Part shown: piece by piece, positions 8,647-18,030 of the stretch
How the letters are laid out: every line of letters starts with the position of its first letter
Numbering within the stretch: position 1 is the stretch's first letter
Source of the DNA: a virus
Lineage: Duplodnaviria; Heunggongvirae; Uroviricota; Caudoviricetes
IMG/VR virus record: IMGVR_UViG_3300042894_007411
DNA: 64,000 nucleotides
Strand: one strand, 5' to 3'
Translations under genes and position numbers: made by a program
Notes under the pieces: generated by a model
Told to the model about the DNA's origin: nothing
What the model saw: only the letters and a program-made list of their open reading frames with translations
Database searches by the model: none

Positions 8647-9873
8647 ATGCAGAATTTAATCTCCTATTCTTCTTTTGTTACTCAAAATGGATTGCTAGAA
8701 TCTGAACAAATCAACGAGGAAATTATCGACCCAAATAAAATTCTGGCCGGACAAATTATAAAATTACCAAACGGAGAAACACACACGGTTCAGAAGGGAG
8801 AAACTCTTTCATCAATAGCTAAAAAATATGGAACTTCAGTTTCAGAGTTAGTGAAATCCAATTCACAATCTAAATCAAATAAGCCAGAAAAATCCGATTC
8901 TAAAAGTGGTTCGAAGGGTAATTTAGATCCAGATAAAATCTTGGTTGGACAAATTATAAAATTACCGAATGGAAAAACACACACGGTTCAGAAGGGAGAG
9001 ACTCTTTCGGGCATAGCTAAAAAATATGGAACCACCGTCCAGGAATTAATGGGCTCAGAATCAAATAAAAAAAGCGGTGAAAAAATTTCACCCAAATCTT
9101 CACCAGGTAATACCTCGTCAATCAAGACTTTTATAAGTTCAAAAGTTGCTCCTGAATTTAAATCTAAAATTGATTCTGGAAAAATAGATTCTTCTGCTTC
9201 TAAAAAACTTATGCAAGTTAAAACCACAAAATGTGCCGATTTTGTTAACAAATTCACAGACACGGTAAGTTATGTAGGAGATGCCTGGATGGCTAAGGCT
9301 AATGAAGATATTGGTCCGTTTGTTTATAATGTTTTTGACAAATTGACCAAGACAGAACAAGATGATGCCATTAAAATGTGGCAAGAAATTCACGATCGCT
9401 CTCCTCGCTATTCTATAACTGATATTTTTAAAAAAGAAAAAATAAAATGGGAAGATTCTGGACCTCTTGCTGATGAAATAAAATCATTTATTCAAAAATT
9501 AATTGCCAAAGATCCTTTGAACTCTGGAACTTTGAAATTAGATGATATTGTTGGAATTTATTTTCCTCCTTCCAGTCATCATGAAGAGGCTTTTTATGAA
9601 GGAGGGAAAAATTGGTTTACTGATAAGAATGGAAAGAAAGGGGAAGGAAATATTCCAGGTAAAACAATTAGGACTGGTGAAGGATGGGGTATGAACACAC
9701 ACCTTGGCATAGTTGGAGCTATCAAAAACGGTAAACCGATTATTTTCCACAATATTCCTGCAAGCAAAACAGAAGGGCAAGTTTGGGCAGATCCAGTCGA
9801 TAAAATTCAGGGTGGAGGCAAGATAGTGTGGGCTAGGAGACCTAAAACAGCAGGCAATCCTTTAGAAATTTAA
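8647..9873 (+). CDS. tandem LysM-domain protein with C-terminal uncharacterised (possibly peptidase) domain
   Basis: Two copies of 'ILxGQIIKLPNGxTHTVQKGETLSxIAKKYGT' (LysM consensus). Confidence 0.7.
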   Translation: MQNLISYSSFVTQNGLLESEQINEEIIDPNKILAGQIIKLPNGETHTVQKGETLSSIAKKYGTSVSELVKSNSQSKSNKPEKSDSKSGSKGNLDPDKILVGQIIKLPNGKTHTVQKGETLSGIAKKYGTTVQELMGSESNKKSGEKISPKSSPGNTSSIKTFISSKVAPEFKSKIDSGKIDSSASKKLMQVKTTKCADFVNKFTDTVSYVGDAWMAKANEDIGPFVYNVFDKLTKTEQDDAIKMWQEIHDRSPRYSITDIFKKEKIKWEDSGPLADEIKSFIQKLIAKDPLNSGTLKLDDIVGIYFPPSSHHEEAFYEGGKNWFTDKNGKKGEGNIPGKTIRTGEGWGMNTHLGIVGAIKNGKPIIFHNIPASKTEGQVWADPVDKIQGGGKIVWARRPKTAGNPLEI

Positions 9874-9881
9874 AAATATTT

Positions 9882-10829
9882 ATGCAACACTTGACAAATT
9901 TTTCCAGGTTTACTTTTTTACTGGAAAATTCATCTGGAAAAGAAAAAGAAAATTCAGTAAACTCCTCTTACGAGAAAAGATTCTCTTGTATTCCAAAAAA
10001 AGTTTTACCTTTTGTGGTAAGTGTGGCAAAAGATGTGGAAGGTTTCAAACAAAAATTGGGCGTAGATCTTCCAAACTTAATTTTATTAACTAAAGCCACG
10101 GTTGGAATTATGGGAAGAGAAACACAATTTGGGAATTATTCAGAGATTACTGATATAGCTTCAGAATTTGCCCGTGAGGAGTTGGATTTAGGGCCTGTTA
10201 TGGATTGGGGATTAAAAACTTTCTCTACAAAAACAGGTAAAAAAGTAACTCAAAGTTTGGGGATGGGACAAATAACTCCAGAATTTTGGTCACGGTACAA
10301 TTTAGAAAAAAAAATCGGTTTGTATGACGAATCTTTCGATGCTGAAAGTCAAGGACTAGCTGTTTTATATGGTTTAGCAGACAGATATAAATTGGGTTTA
10401 CAAAAAGGTCTTAAGAAACAACCTTCCGTTAATCCTGTGTTACAAAAATATGGTTTAATTACTGGAATTAAAGGCACCGGAAATAATGCTTTAGACTTAG
10501 CCATCCTCGGACACAACATGGGAGAAAAAATTATGACTTTGTGGTGCAAAACCGATCATCCTTTGTATGCAGCACCCAAAGAAGCAGGCCCAAAGTATAG
10601 TCCATTCCAAAACAAGGAAAGTTTTAATCCGAAAGGTAAATTACTTGCTAAGATTCAGGACCCTAGCCTGAAAAAATTTCCAGGAGAATTAACAGTCAAA
10701 TTGAATGAGGTTATCCCGAATTTTTTCCCTAATTTGAAGGGCCCAGGTCATACCGCAATAGGTTACGTGGAGAAAGTTGCCAAGTATATGAAAAAGTTTT
10801 CTTGTTTAGACAGTTTAGGCACTAAATAA
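9882..10829 (+). CDS. lysozyme-like / lytic transglycosylase-like protein (weak)
   Basis: 'GRETQFGN...SLGMGQITPEF' loosely resembles the SLT E...GLMQ motif; spacing atypical. Confidence 0.35.
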   Translation: MQHLTNFSRFTFLLENSSGKEKENSVNSSYEKRFSCIPKKVLPFVVSVAKDVEGFKQKLGVDLPNLILLTKATVGIMGRETQFGNYSEITDIASEFAREELDLGPVMDWGLKTFSTKTGKKVTQSLGMGQITPEFWSRYNLEKKIGLYDESFDAESQGLAVLYGLADRYKLGLQKGLKKQPSVNPVLQKYGLITGIKGTGNNALDLAILGHNMGEKIMTLWCKTDHPLYAAPKEAGPKYSPFQNKESFNPKGKLLAKIQDPSLKKFPGELTVKLNEVIPNFFPNLKGPGHTAIGYVEKVAKYMKKFSCLDSLGTK

Positions 10830-11667
10830 AATCTCCAACAATAAAAACTGTAGGAGTAGGAACATTGCCAATTTTCCTTTGTATATCTCCGATAATTTGA
10901 TATTCGTAAGTATTTAATCCATCCCTAACTCCAACTTCGATAGAAGCACCGCCGTCAAACATCATAGCGTTAACAAGACCTAAATCACGGGCTACATGAT
11001 AAAATTCTTTTACTGTGCAAGCCGTGAGTCCGATGGTGTGAACCACACAAAAATTACCTTTGGAATCTTTACCCACAATTAATCGTGGAAGTTTTTTTCT
11101 GGCCCATCTCTGATTGAAAATTCTAGAACAAGGGTTTCCATTAACAATAATCGGAGTATGTGTCTGGGCGGAGTATAAAACTTTGTTTGGTCTTCTGCCA
11201 AAGTAAAGCCTTGGGTTCTTTCCGTTAGAAGTAAAATAAGCACCACCAGGTCTTTTTTTGGTGTAATTTTTGCCGTCTATTTTGACCTCCCCGATTGGAG
11301 TTCCATTTTTGGTAAAATAGTTTGCATTGATCCAGATATCGTGAGATTCGTGGTTTTTATTGACAACCCCAAATTTGGCCGAGTTTTTATTGATCCGGAT
11401 AAAATTAACATGGCTTCGGGTCAAACCATGATTTCCAATTTTGATTTTTTTAATTTCAACTTTTTGGGTTGTGAAATCTCGCCCCCAGATGTATTGATAA
11501 CAGGAAAAAAAAGCTATCAATATCAGAACAAGAAAAAATATTCTGCGTTTCATAAATTTAATTTTAACAAATATACGACAGAAACTCCACAAAAAACCCT
11601 CCGAAAAATTGGAGGGTTTTAAAATTAACCAAAAAGTAATTTGTGAAATTTGTTGAACTCTGACCAT
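10822..11667 (-). CDS. secreted/lipoprotein-like protein with phosphodiester-glycosidase-like C-terminus
   Basis: N-terminal hydrophobic 'IFFLVLILIAFFSC'; 'NAMMFDGGASIEVGV' resembles DGGGS motif of the NAGPA-type family. Confidence 0.4.
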   Translation of the reverse strand: MVRVQQISQITFWLILKPSNFSEGFLWSFCRIFVKIKFMKRRIFFLVLILIAFFSCYQYIWGRDFTTQKVEIKKIKIGNHGLTRSHVNFIRINKNSAKFGVVNKNHESHDIWINANYFTKNGTPIGEVKIDGKNYTKKRPGGAYFTSNGKNPRLYFGRRPNKVLYSAQTHTPIIVNGNPCSRIFNQRWARKKLPRLIVGKDSKGNFCVVHTIGLTACTVKEFYHVARDLGLVNAMMFDGGASIEVGVRDGLNTYEYQIIGDIQRKIGNVPTPTVFIVGDFI

Positions 11668-12509
11668 CTATGGTCAAGCCCGATCCTACCTCCATTGATC
11701 TTCTCAGTAACCACAGTTAAGACCTCTTTTGTGGCACCTTTGTCGCAGAATCCCCAAATTTTATTTTTGTGAAAGAAAAAAGCGGCAGAGGTCAGTGGAT
11801 ATTTGGTGGCGACCAACTCTGGATTGGCCAAAATATCATCTTCAACCATTTTGTCGAACTCCGAATAGTTTGATTTTCCAGTAAGCTGGATATAACCACG
11901 ACCAGCATATTTCCATCCATCTCCAGATGCTTCATCGCCATTTCCCATTCTGGAAGAATAAACTTTATTAGCAATTTTCTGTGGATTTTTGGCGTAAGAT
12001 TCGTTCAAATTACCAGGAAAATATTTTGGAAAAATTTGTTTTAATCTTTCGGCAGAATAATTTAAATTTTCTTTGACCGATTTGAACCCTCCGGATTCAT
12101 GAGAAGTTTGAGAAAGAAAGTGTGCCAATCTCAAATTGGATGTAATTCCGAATTTAGCTCCAAATTCCGATATTTCGGACAAAATTTTATCCGGAACATG
12201 CCCTTTGAGTTTTTCTAAAGATAGATCCAGTGTTTCCGCGGGCTTTGAGACAGGTTCGGATGTTTTTTCTGAGGCTGAACTAACTGGGGTTGGTGAGGGT
12301 CCAAACAATTTTGACCAGGTTCCATTACCAACTATTCCATCAGCAGTCAAACCGTTGGCTGCTTGCCACGCTTTTACTTTTGCTTCAGTACCTGGGCCGA
12401 AGTGACCATCTGCTGCCAGGCCTAATTTTGTTTGGAGTTTTTTTACATCTTCTCCTTTAGATCCGACTTTAAGTAACATAAGATAAATTTTTTTCTGTAT
12501 ATATTCCAA
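11625..12509 (-). CDS. endolysin: PG_binding_1 domain + GH19/lysozyme-like catalytic domain
   Basis: 'LKVGSKGEDVKKLQTKLGLAADGHFGPGTEAKVKAWQAANGLTADGIVG' (PG-binding); 'GDGWKYAGRGYIQLTGKSNY' (GH19/COG3179 signature). Confidence 0.75.
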   Translation of the reverse strand: MEYIQKKIYLMLLKVGSKGEDVKKLQTKLGLAADGHFGPGTEAKVKAWQAANGLTADGIVGNGTWSKLFGPSPTPVSSASEKTSEPVSKPAETLDLSLEKLKGHVPDKILSEISEFGAKFGITSNLRLAHFLSQTSHESGGFKSVKENLNYSAERLKQIFPKYFPGNLNESYAKNPQKIANKVYSSRMGNGDEASGDGWKYAGRGYIQLTGKSNYSEFDKMVEDDILANPELVATKYPLTSAAFFFHKNKIWGFCDKGATKEVLTVVTEKINGGRIGLDHRWSEFNKFHKLLFG

Positions 12510-12548
12510 GTCACTTCTTAAGATATATACTTAAAAGCAACACACGGT
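12510..12548. promoter_or_regulatory. divergent promoter region with two ATATATAC boxes
   Basis: 'tgtatatattcc' and 'agatatatactt' about 22-25 nt from the two divergent starts. Confidence 0.4.
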
Positions 12549-13058
12549 ATGGCCTACAGAATCGTTCTTAGACAAGACACTGCCTCTAATTGGCAACAAA
12601 ACAATCCAACCCTCCTGAGCGGAGAATTGGGTTTCGAAACAAACACCAATCAGCTCAAGATTGGTAATGGAACTTCTTCCTGGAACGATCTAGGTTATTT
12701 TCCCTATTCTGGCTTAGATGGAAATTTCAATCTCACTTCAGGCCAGTTTTGGACATCGACTTTTGGTGGAGCAACTGCGGGAATAGATTGGAACAATTCC
12801 AACGTTCAAAAATTAACTTTAACTTCTAATACCACCTTTTCCTTTTCAAATGGAGAAGATGGGGGCCAGTACGTGCTGATGTTAAAACAGGGAGCGAGTG
12901 GAGGATATGAAGTGACTTGGCCAGGATCGGTCAGCTGGCCGGGTGGATCTGGCCCGACTGGTCCGGTAATGACCTCTATTGCAGATCGATATGACGTATA
13001 CAGATTTATTCACACCGACGGAAAATATTTCGGTACCGCCGATCAGAATTATTTGTAA
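12549..13058 (+). CDS. tail-fibre N-terminal-domain protein
   Basis: 'RIVLRQDTASNWQQNNPTLLSGELGFETNTNQLKIGNGTSSWNDL' matches the conserved N-terminal module of many phage tail fibres/HylP. Confidence 0.45.
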   Translation: MAYRIVLRQDTASNWQQNNPTLLSGELGFETNTNQLKIGNGTSSWNDLGYFPYSGLDGNFNLTSGQFWTSTFGGATAGIDWNNSNVQKLTLTSNTTFSFSNGEDGGQYVLMLKQGASGGYEVTWPGSVSWPGGSGPTGPVMTSIADRYDVYRFIHTDGKYFGTADQNYL

Positions 13059-13068
13059 AAAGAAAGGT

Positions 13069-13254
13069 TTACTTTTTTGCCTTTTCCGGGGAAACTCTCT
13101 TTGAGAAGAACGCAATCTGAGAACATGATGTCATTTGTAAAATCCCAAGAAAAAGGGTAATCCCTGCCCATAGACGAGGAAAAAATACGAGACAAAAGAT
13201 CCAAATTACTAAACCAAAAATAAAGAGATGTAAATTTTCCTTAAAATTTTTCAT
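13069..13254 (-). CDS. small membrane protein (2 predicted TM)
   Basis: 61-aa ORF, hydrophobic 'LHLFIFGLVIWIFCLVFF' and 'AGITLFLGIL'. Confidence 0.3.
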   Translation of the reverse strand: MKNFKENLHLFIFGLVIWIFCLVFFPRLWAGITLFLGILQMTSCSQIAFFSKRVSPEKAKK

Positions 13255-13438
13255 GTTTGCTTTCCATATATTTTTGGGCTGCTCTACCCATCCATTGGAG
13301 GGGATCCTCTAATTTAGGTTCATACATGGAATAGCCGGAGTTTCTTGGAGTTCTAGGATCTTTGCTGCCCGTCTCGGCCAAATTCAGTCTCTCCAATTTG
13401 GAGGCAATCTGTTTTAAATATTCTGGATTTGAATACAT
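13241..13438 (-). CDS. hypothetical small protein
   Basis: 65-aa ORF preceded by GATATATAAG box. Confidence 0.4.
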   Translation of the reverse strand: MYSNPEYLKQIASKLERLNLAETGSKDPRTPRNSGYSMYEPKLEDPLQWMGRAAQKYMESKHEKF

Positions 13439-13482
13439 AGGCCTTGAGTTGGCTTATATATCTTTTCCGAAATTTATTTTTT

Positions 13483-13788
13483 CTACCCCAGACCTTGGGT
13501 TTTGACCAACGAGATCATCTGATCCAGGGTTCTGAAGACCATCATCTCCGGATCCTCTTCGTCTCGAATTCCAAAAAGCATATCTCCTGATTCTGATTTT
13601 CCAACTCCCAAAGTTCCGAGACCTTCGCAGATCAAAGGATAAAATTCATTCGGCTGAAGTTTTGACCAAATTTCTTCGTAGTCAAAATCATGCCATCCAA
13701 AATCGAAAGCTTCCTGGTACTGTTTGCTAAATTCTGCCATTTGGTTAATTTTGTGTTTGTGATATGGATTGACTGGAAATTTGGTCAA
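13483..13788 (-). CDS. hypothetical protein
   Basis: 101-aa ORF in minus-strand block. Confidence 0.4.
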   Translation of the reverse strand: MTKFPVNPYHKHKINQMAEFSKQYQEAFDFGWHDFDYEEIWSKLQPNEFYPLICEGLGTLGVGKSESGDMLFGIRDEEDPEMMVFRTLDQMISLVKTQGLG

Positions 13789-13799
13789 TCCCCTGAATG

Positions 13800-14084
13800 T
13801 TAATTAAATTTCTGTCGTTTTTCACGATTGGAATCAATCAAGAATTTGATTATTGTTGCTAAATCTGTGGCAGACTCAGTTCTTTTTACCCATTCTGTAT
13901 AACTCCAGGAATTGTCTTGTGAATCTAAAATAGTGCCCTTCCCTTGAAGCCACTGAACGAATTCTCCTAAAGTGGGTCTCCATACTATCAATCCCCATTG
14001 GTCAAAAATCTCAAGTTCATTGTTTTTGTTTCTTTGAATCCCCAGATTGCAGCCCTCATTATTAATAAGACATTCTTTTTTCAT
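13800..14084 (-). CDS. hypothetical protein
   Basis: 94-aa ORF. Confidence 0.4.
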   Translation of the reverse strand: MKKECLINNEGCNLGIQRNKNNELEIFDQWGLIVWRPTLGEFVQWLQGKGTILDSQDNSWSYTEWVKRTESATDLATIIKFLIDSNREKRQKFN

Positions 14085-14172
14085 ATGAAATAAATTTTCT
14101 TCAAATATACGGGAAAAAATTCATTTGTTTCCCATGTTTTTGAAATTTCATGAAATGAGATTGGGAAAAAAT

Positions 14173-14409
14173 TTAGGATATAATTTTTATCTCATGGTCT
14201 GTCTCAATTACAACTCTTGCACCACAAGAAATCAAGGGTTTGATTTCAGTTCCAGAACCGCAATAGGTAATCTTACTCGGTCCTAAAATCTCAACCTCAT
14301 TACAGTAGGTATTTTTTCTACCTTGTTTAACTGTAATGACTGGTAAATCCGTTCCTTTTGTTTTGTTGGAACGAATGTGATGTTGGTTGACGTGGATTTT
14401 AGTTTTCAA
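14173..14409 (-). CDS. hypothetical protein
   Basis: 78-aa ORF. Confidence 0.35.
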   Translation of the reverse strand: MKTKIHVNQHHIRSNKTKGTDLPVITVKQGRKNTYCNEVEILGPSKITYCGSGTEIKPLISCGARVVIETDHEIKIIS

Positions 14410-14421
14410 AATTCAAGAGAT

Positions 14422-14655
14422 TTAATTGTTGGTTGTTATTGATAGTTTATATTTTAGTGTTCTGTCAGTCATATTCATAATACCGAATACCACTGATTCA
14501 CCCTCAGGATTAACCATGGCAGGTGTTATCATATAACCTTCTATATTATTTAATGTTTGTTTAATTTCTCTAACTAAACCATCAGGAATTGTCGTTTCAA
14601 TTTCTGATTTTTCAAATGTTTCTGGGTTGTGGTATTCTGATTTGTAATTTTCCAT
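14422..14655 (-). CDS. hypothetical protein
   Basis: 77-aa ORF. Confidence 0.35.
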   Translation of the reverse strand: MENYKSEYHNPETFEKSEIETTIPDGLVREIKQTLNNIEGYMITPAMVNPEGESVVFGIMNMTDRTLKYKLSITTNN

Positions 14656-14669
14656 AATTTTATATTTTC

Positions 14670-15800
14670 TTAATTAGATAACGGCATTTTTATGCTTGGG
14701 TGGGATTGATAATTCTCCAATTTCCAGAAATCTGGTTTAAATTGTTCGATCTTTTGAGAAAATGGTATATCCAGATCCATCAAATAATGGTACTCGTCTT
14801 TCCCTAACATTTGTGGTAAAGAATAAGGCTTTCTTGTTAGCTGATCTTTAACCCCATCTATTTGATTCAAGTAAATGTGACAGTCTCCCATATTTGAAAT
14901 GAGTTCATATGGTACCATACCAACCTCTTTAGCTATAATTGTTAATAATAGCCCATAAGATGCCAAATTAAAAGGGGTCCCTAGTGGAACATCTTGACTT
15001 CTGGCATTGCACATTAAAGAGATTGCTCTGGTTGGGATATTAGATTTAGAAAGTTCAATGTGTATTTCATGCTCGTTCATGTTTTCTGAATTTGAAGTGC
15101 AGTCAAAAAACTCTTCAAAGTAACTTAATCGTTCTTTAACGCTCAACTCTCTTGTATAAACTTGAAATCCATAATGACAAGGTGGAAGAGTCATCGAATC
15201 CAATTCACCTACATTCCAAGCTGAAACCATCAATCGTCTTGAGTCTGGGTTTGTTTTGAGTTCGTTGATTAGGTTTTGGATTTGGTCTATTTTATTGTTT
15301 GGCCAAAATAAAGGTAGTTTATTTGGTCCAAAGTCATCTTGCCAACTTCTCCACTGCTTACCATAGATTGGACCTAAATCACCCCACTTCTTAGCAAACT
15401 CATCATCTGTTTTAATTTTGTTGATAAATTCTTCTTTTGGATAAATTAGTTGTTTTTCTAATATCTGTATTGATATCTCACTTCTGTCACCCTCAGTCCT
15501 GATAGCATGTTTATGTTTCTTTACATATGCTTTGTAACAATCACCATCCCAAATATGACAATCATTATCAACAAGGTATTTAATATTTGTTTCTCCTCTT
15601 AAAAACCAAAGTAACTCAGTTACAATTGACTTCCAATGCATTTTTTTGGTTGTGAGTAATGGAAACCCCTCACTCATTTTATGACGGATTTGTCTACCAA
15701 ATACTGAAATAGTACCAGTACCCGTTCTATCTTTCTTTTCCACTCCATTATCTAATATATCTTGGAGTAGTGATTGATATTGTTTGTCTAAATTATTCAT
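14670..15800 (-). CDS. thyA: thymidylate synthase (ThyA) with two insertions
   Basis: 'DRTGTGT', 'FPLLTTKK', 'DSRRLMVSAWN', 'LPPCH', 'PFNLASYGLL', 'GDCHIY' all present; 376 aa vs ~265-290 typical. Confidence 0.85.
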   Translation of the reverse strand: MNNLDKQYQSLLQDILDNGVEKKDRTGTGTISVFGRQIRHKMSEGFPLLTTKKMHWKSIVTELLWFLRGETNIKYLVDNDCHIWDGDCYKAYVKKHKHAIRTEGDRSEISIQILEKQLIYPKEEFINKIKTDDEFAKKWGDLGPIYGKQWRSWQDDFGPNKLPLFWPNNKIDQIQNLINELKTNPDSRRLMVSAWNVGELDSMTLPPCHYGFQVYTRELSVKERLSYFEEFFDCTSNSENMNEHEIHIELSKSNIPTRAISLMCNARSQDVPLGTPFNLASYGLLLTIIAKEVGMVPYELISNMGDCHIYLNQIDGVKDQLTRKPYSLPQMLGKDEYHYLMDLDIPFSQKIEQFKPDFWKLENYQSHPSIKMPLSN

Positions 15801-16092
15801 CTGTCAATTCTTTAACGTATTCTTTTACAATGTAATCAGGTGCTGGTAAAATATCAAGTCGGTGTGCTATTTCTGTCAAACCAAATTCTTCATCTACCAT
15901 CAATTCTTCTCTTAATGAATCTGCATCTTTCTTTGTTGGTTTATCCCAATACCCAACAAAGTGAAGTATGTTTATCATATCACCTTCTTGGGTTGGATCA
16001 ATAACTATCAATCCGTATTTAATGTCTTTTAGGTCTGGATCTTTATTCATAATCTTTGTTAAAGGAGGTATTGGTTTATCTAAATTATTCAT
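15793..16092 (-). CDS. hypothetical protein (shares 'MNNLDK' N-terminus with thyA)
   Basis: 99-aa ORF; ATGA-type overlap. Confidence 0.4.
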   Translation of the reverse strand: MNNLDKPIPPLTKIMNKDPDLKDIKYGLIVIDPTQEGDMINILHFVGYWDKPTKKDADSLREELMVDEEFGLTEIAHRLDILPAPDYIVKEYVKELTDE

Positions 16093-16094
16093 CT

Positions 16095-16313
16095 TTACCT
16101 AAATTTTTTTAATCTCTCTACAATATTATTATTGATCCCAGTACAAAAATCACGTTCAAATATATTCATTAGTGCTTGTTCAGCATCAACACCGCATTCA
16201 TTTGTTGCCAATGCTATACATTCATCATCTGTCTTATTGTGCCAGAATGATAAATGTTTCAAAAACCAAGCACCGTCTTCTATTATTATTTTTCTTGGTC
16301 CTTCGTTATTCAT
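16095..16313 (-). CDS. hypothetical protein
   Basis: 72-aa ORF starting MNNE. Confidence 0.4.
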   Translation of the reverse strand: MNNEGPRKIIIEDGAWFLKHLSFWHNKTDDECIALATNECGVDAEQALMNIFERDFCTGINNNIVERLKKFR

Positions 16314-16491
16314 AATGTTCTAATTGTTGTTCGTTAAAAATGTGTAATAATCCATATTCATCCATTTCGGCTACTAATCTAATTTCACCTTTTATTGTTG
16401 TGAATACGGATACAATTGTGCAAGGAAATTTATATCCTTTCGGTTTCCACGCTTTGTCTCCTACTTTAAATTTTGTGTTATTCATTTTCAT
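16306..16491 (-). CDS. DUF1653-like small protein
   Basis: 'KFKVGDKAWKPKGYKF...IRLVAEMDEYGLL...F' resembles the DUF1653 pattern. Confidence 0.4.
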   Translation of the reverse strand: MKMNNTKFKVGDKAWKPKGYKFPCTIVSVFTTIKGEIRLVAEMDEYGLLHIFNEQQLEHYE

Positions 16492-16765
16492 ATTTGTTAA
16501 TTGTATCTTCCATCTGGTGGAACATTTGTTTAATTCTCATCCCAAGTTCATATGGGTCGGCGTACTTAACCCCTTCTAGTGTTATTGTTTGGTTGGCTTT
16601 GAACCATTGTGGTATTTTAGACCATTTCTCTTGACCCCAAAGTCCTTTATATTTTTTATACCCCACATCATGCATTGTAACCAAACAATCAAATTTGATT
16701 TCACATACTCGTTGTGTATTTGCAACAACTTCGGGTACAGGTGTTATTTCAATTTCTTTATTCAT
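16478..16765 (-). CDS. hypothetical protein
   Basis: 95-aa ORF. Confidence 0.4.
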   Translation of the reverse strand: MNKEIEITPVPEVVANTQRVCEIKFDCLVTMHDVGYKKYKGLWGQEKWSKIPQWFKANQTITLEGVKYADPYELGMRIKQMFHQMEDTINKYENE

Positions 16766-16883
16766 AAACTTCTATGTTCTAAATGTTTTTTCCAAATGGT
16801 TACTACCGCTTCTGTTATTGGGCCTTTTAGTTTTGACCAACGATTAATCCAGTGTTGAATTTCTTCTTTGTCAATAAGTTTGT

Positions 16884-17117
16884 TCATCTTGGTAATTTGT
16901 TGTATTTATTTACGAACCAATCAATTCGAGTTATTCGCCACAAATAATAAAGAATAATCTTTTTCTTATTATTTGTCCATATTTTACTAGTCCCATTTTT
17001 ATCCGAGAGGATTATATAAGGTGTCTCCACAACAATCCAAGGAGTATGAATAACTTTTCCTTTTACCTCTATGGTTTCTAACTTTAAGTCTATTGTTGGT
17101 ATTTCTTCTTTACTCAT
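16884..17117 (-). CDS. hypothetical protein
   Basis: 77-aa ORF. Confidence 0.35.
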   Translation of the reverse strand: MSKEEIPTIDLKLETIEVKGKVIHTPWIVVETPYIILSDKNGTSKIWTNNKKKIILYYLWRITRIDWFVNKYNKLPR

Positions 17118-17123
17118 AACTTT

Positions 17124-17441
17124 CTATTGTTTAGTTGGTAATATCGTTATTCTACATTCTATAAAATCTACCGATTTATTTAGTCGATGATAAATGTTAA
17201 TCTCTTTTATTGGAGTCCCATCATCCAAACTCAACTCTCTTTCCTCAATCCGTAATCCCCATGTTTCGGGGAACTCAGAATCGGTTTTACATTTGTTGAT
17301 AAACTCTTGTTTTTTTAATTGTCTGTAATTTTTTTTGCCATCTCCATCATCTAACCAATTTTCTTCGGGATGATATACCATTTTTTCTAAATAATTTTCA
17401 TACGCCTCATCAATCATCTGATTCATTTTTTCGTTATTCAT
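17124..17441 (-). CDS. 'MNNE...FINKCKTDSEF' family protein, member 1
   Basis: Conserved 'MNNEKMNQMIDEAYENYL' and 'FINKCKTDSEFPETWGLRIEERELS'. Confidence 0.5.
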   Translation of the reverse strand: MNNEKMNQMIDEAYENYLEKMVYHPEENWLDDGDGKKNYRQLKKQEFINKCKTDSEFPETWGLRIEERELSLDDGTPIKEINIYHRLNKSVDFIECRITILPTKQ

Positions 17442-17525
17442 AACTTTCTAATTGTTGTTCGTTAAAAATGTGTAACAATCCATATTCATCCATTTCGGCT
17501 ACTAATCTAATTTCACCTTTTTTTC
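17441..17525. repeat. ~85-bp near-identical duplicate of 16306-16400
   Basis: Direct comparison: both contain 'ttctaattgttgttcgttaaaaatgtgtaa(t/c)aatccatattcatccatttcggctactaatctaatttcacc'. Confidence 0.8.
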
Positions 17526-17749
17526 TTTTGAACGATATCAATATATTCTTTTAATATATTCGCAGCCCTCTGACTCGGTTTTCCATTCTCAACCGTGAAC
17601 AAATACTTCTCAAAGAAATACCTCAGCGCTTCCACGTCCGATAGTTTTGCACCTGGCAATGTTTCCTTGTTCGATTCCATACATTCTCCTGTGCAAGATT
17701 CTCCACAACTGTAAAGACATCCTTGCGTTCCTGAATAACCTATTCCCAT
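17513..17749 (-). CDS. hypothetical Cys-rich small protein; 3' end abuts a duplicated gene fragment in another frame
   Basis: 78-aa ORF ending in an A7 run, 'AAAAAAAGGTGA'. Confidence 0.35.
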   Translation of the reverse strand: MGIGYSGTQGCLYSCGESCTGECMESNKETLPGAKLSDVEALRYFFEKYLFTVENGKPSQRAANILKEYIDIVQKKKR

Positions 17750-17787
17750 ACTTTATCCTTTATGTGTTTTTTGTTATACATAATCTT

Positions 17788-18030
17788 CTATTGTTTCGTT
17801 GTATTTCCAAAGTGTGATATGTCATAGGACATTTTCTCTGTTTCTTCAACAGTATTATCATCTTTTATTTTACCAATACTTCTAGATGACACCCAAACAG
17901 TTTGATTTTGAGTAAGTAGTTTATTCACTTTTTTTGATGACTCACCATCATTAAATTGAATGGTCTTTCCTTCGTCTGTCGTGTATCCGACAATTTCACC
18001 ATTATATTTTACAGGGATTTCTTTACTCAT
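17788..18030 (-). CDS. hypothetical protein
   Basis: 80-aa ORF. Confidence 0.35.
   Translation of the reverse strand: MSKEIPVKYNGEIVGYTTDEGKTIQFNDGESSKKVNKLLTQNQTVWVSSRSIGKIKDDNTVEETEKMSYDISHFGNTTKQ

Noticed and set aside
12882-13115. Minus-strand 77-aa ORF overlapping the tail-fibre-domain gene
   Set aside because: It is antisense to a CDS with a conserved domain, and its composition is atypical.
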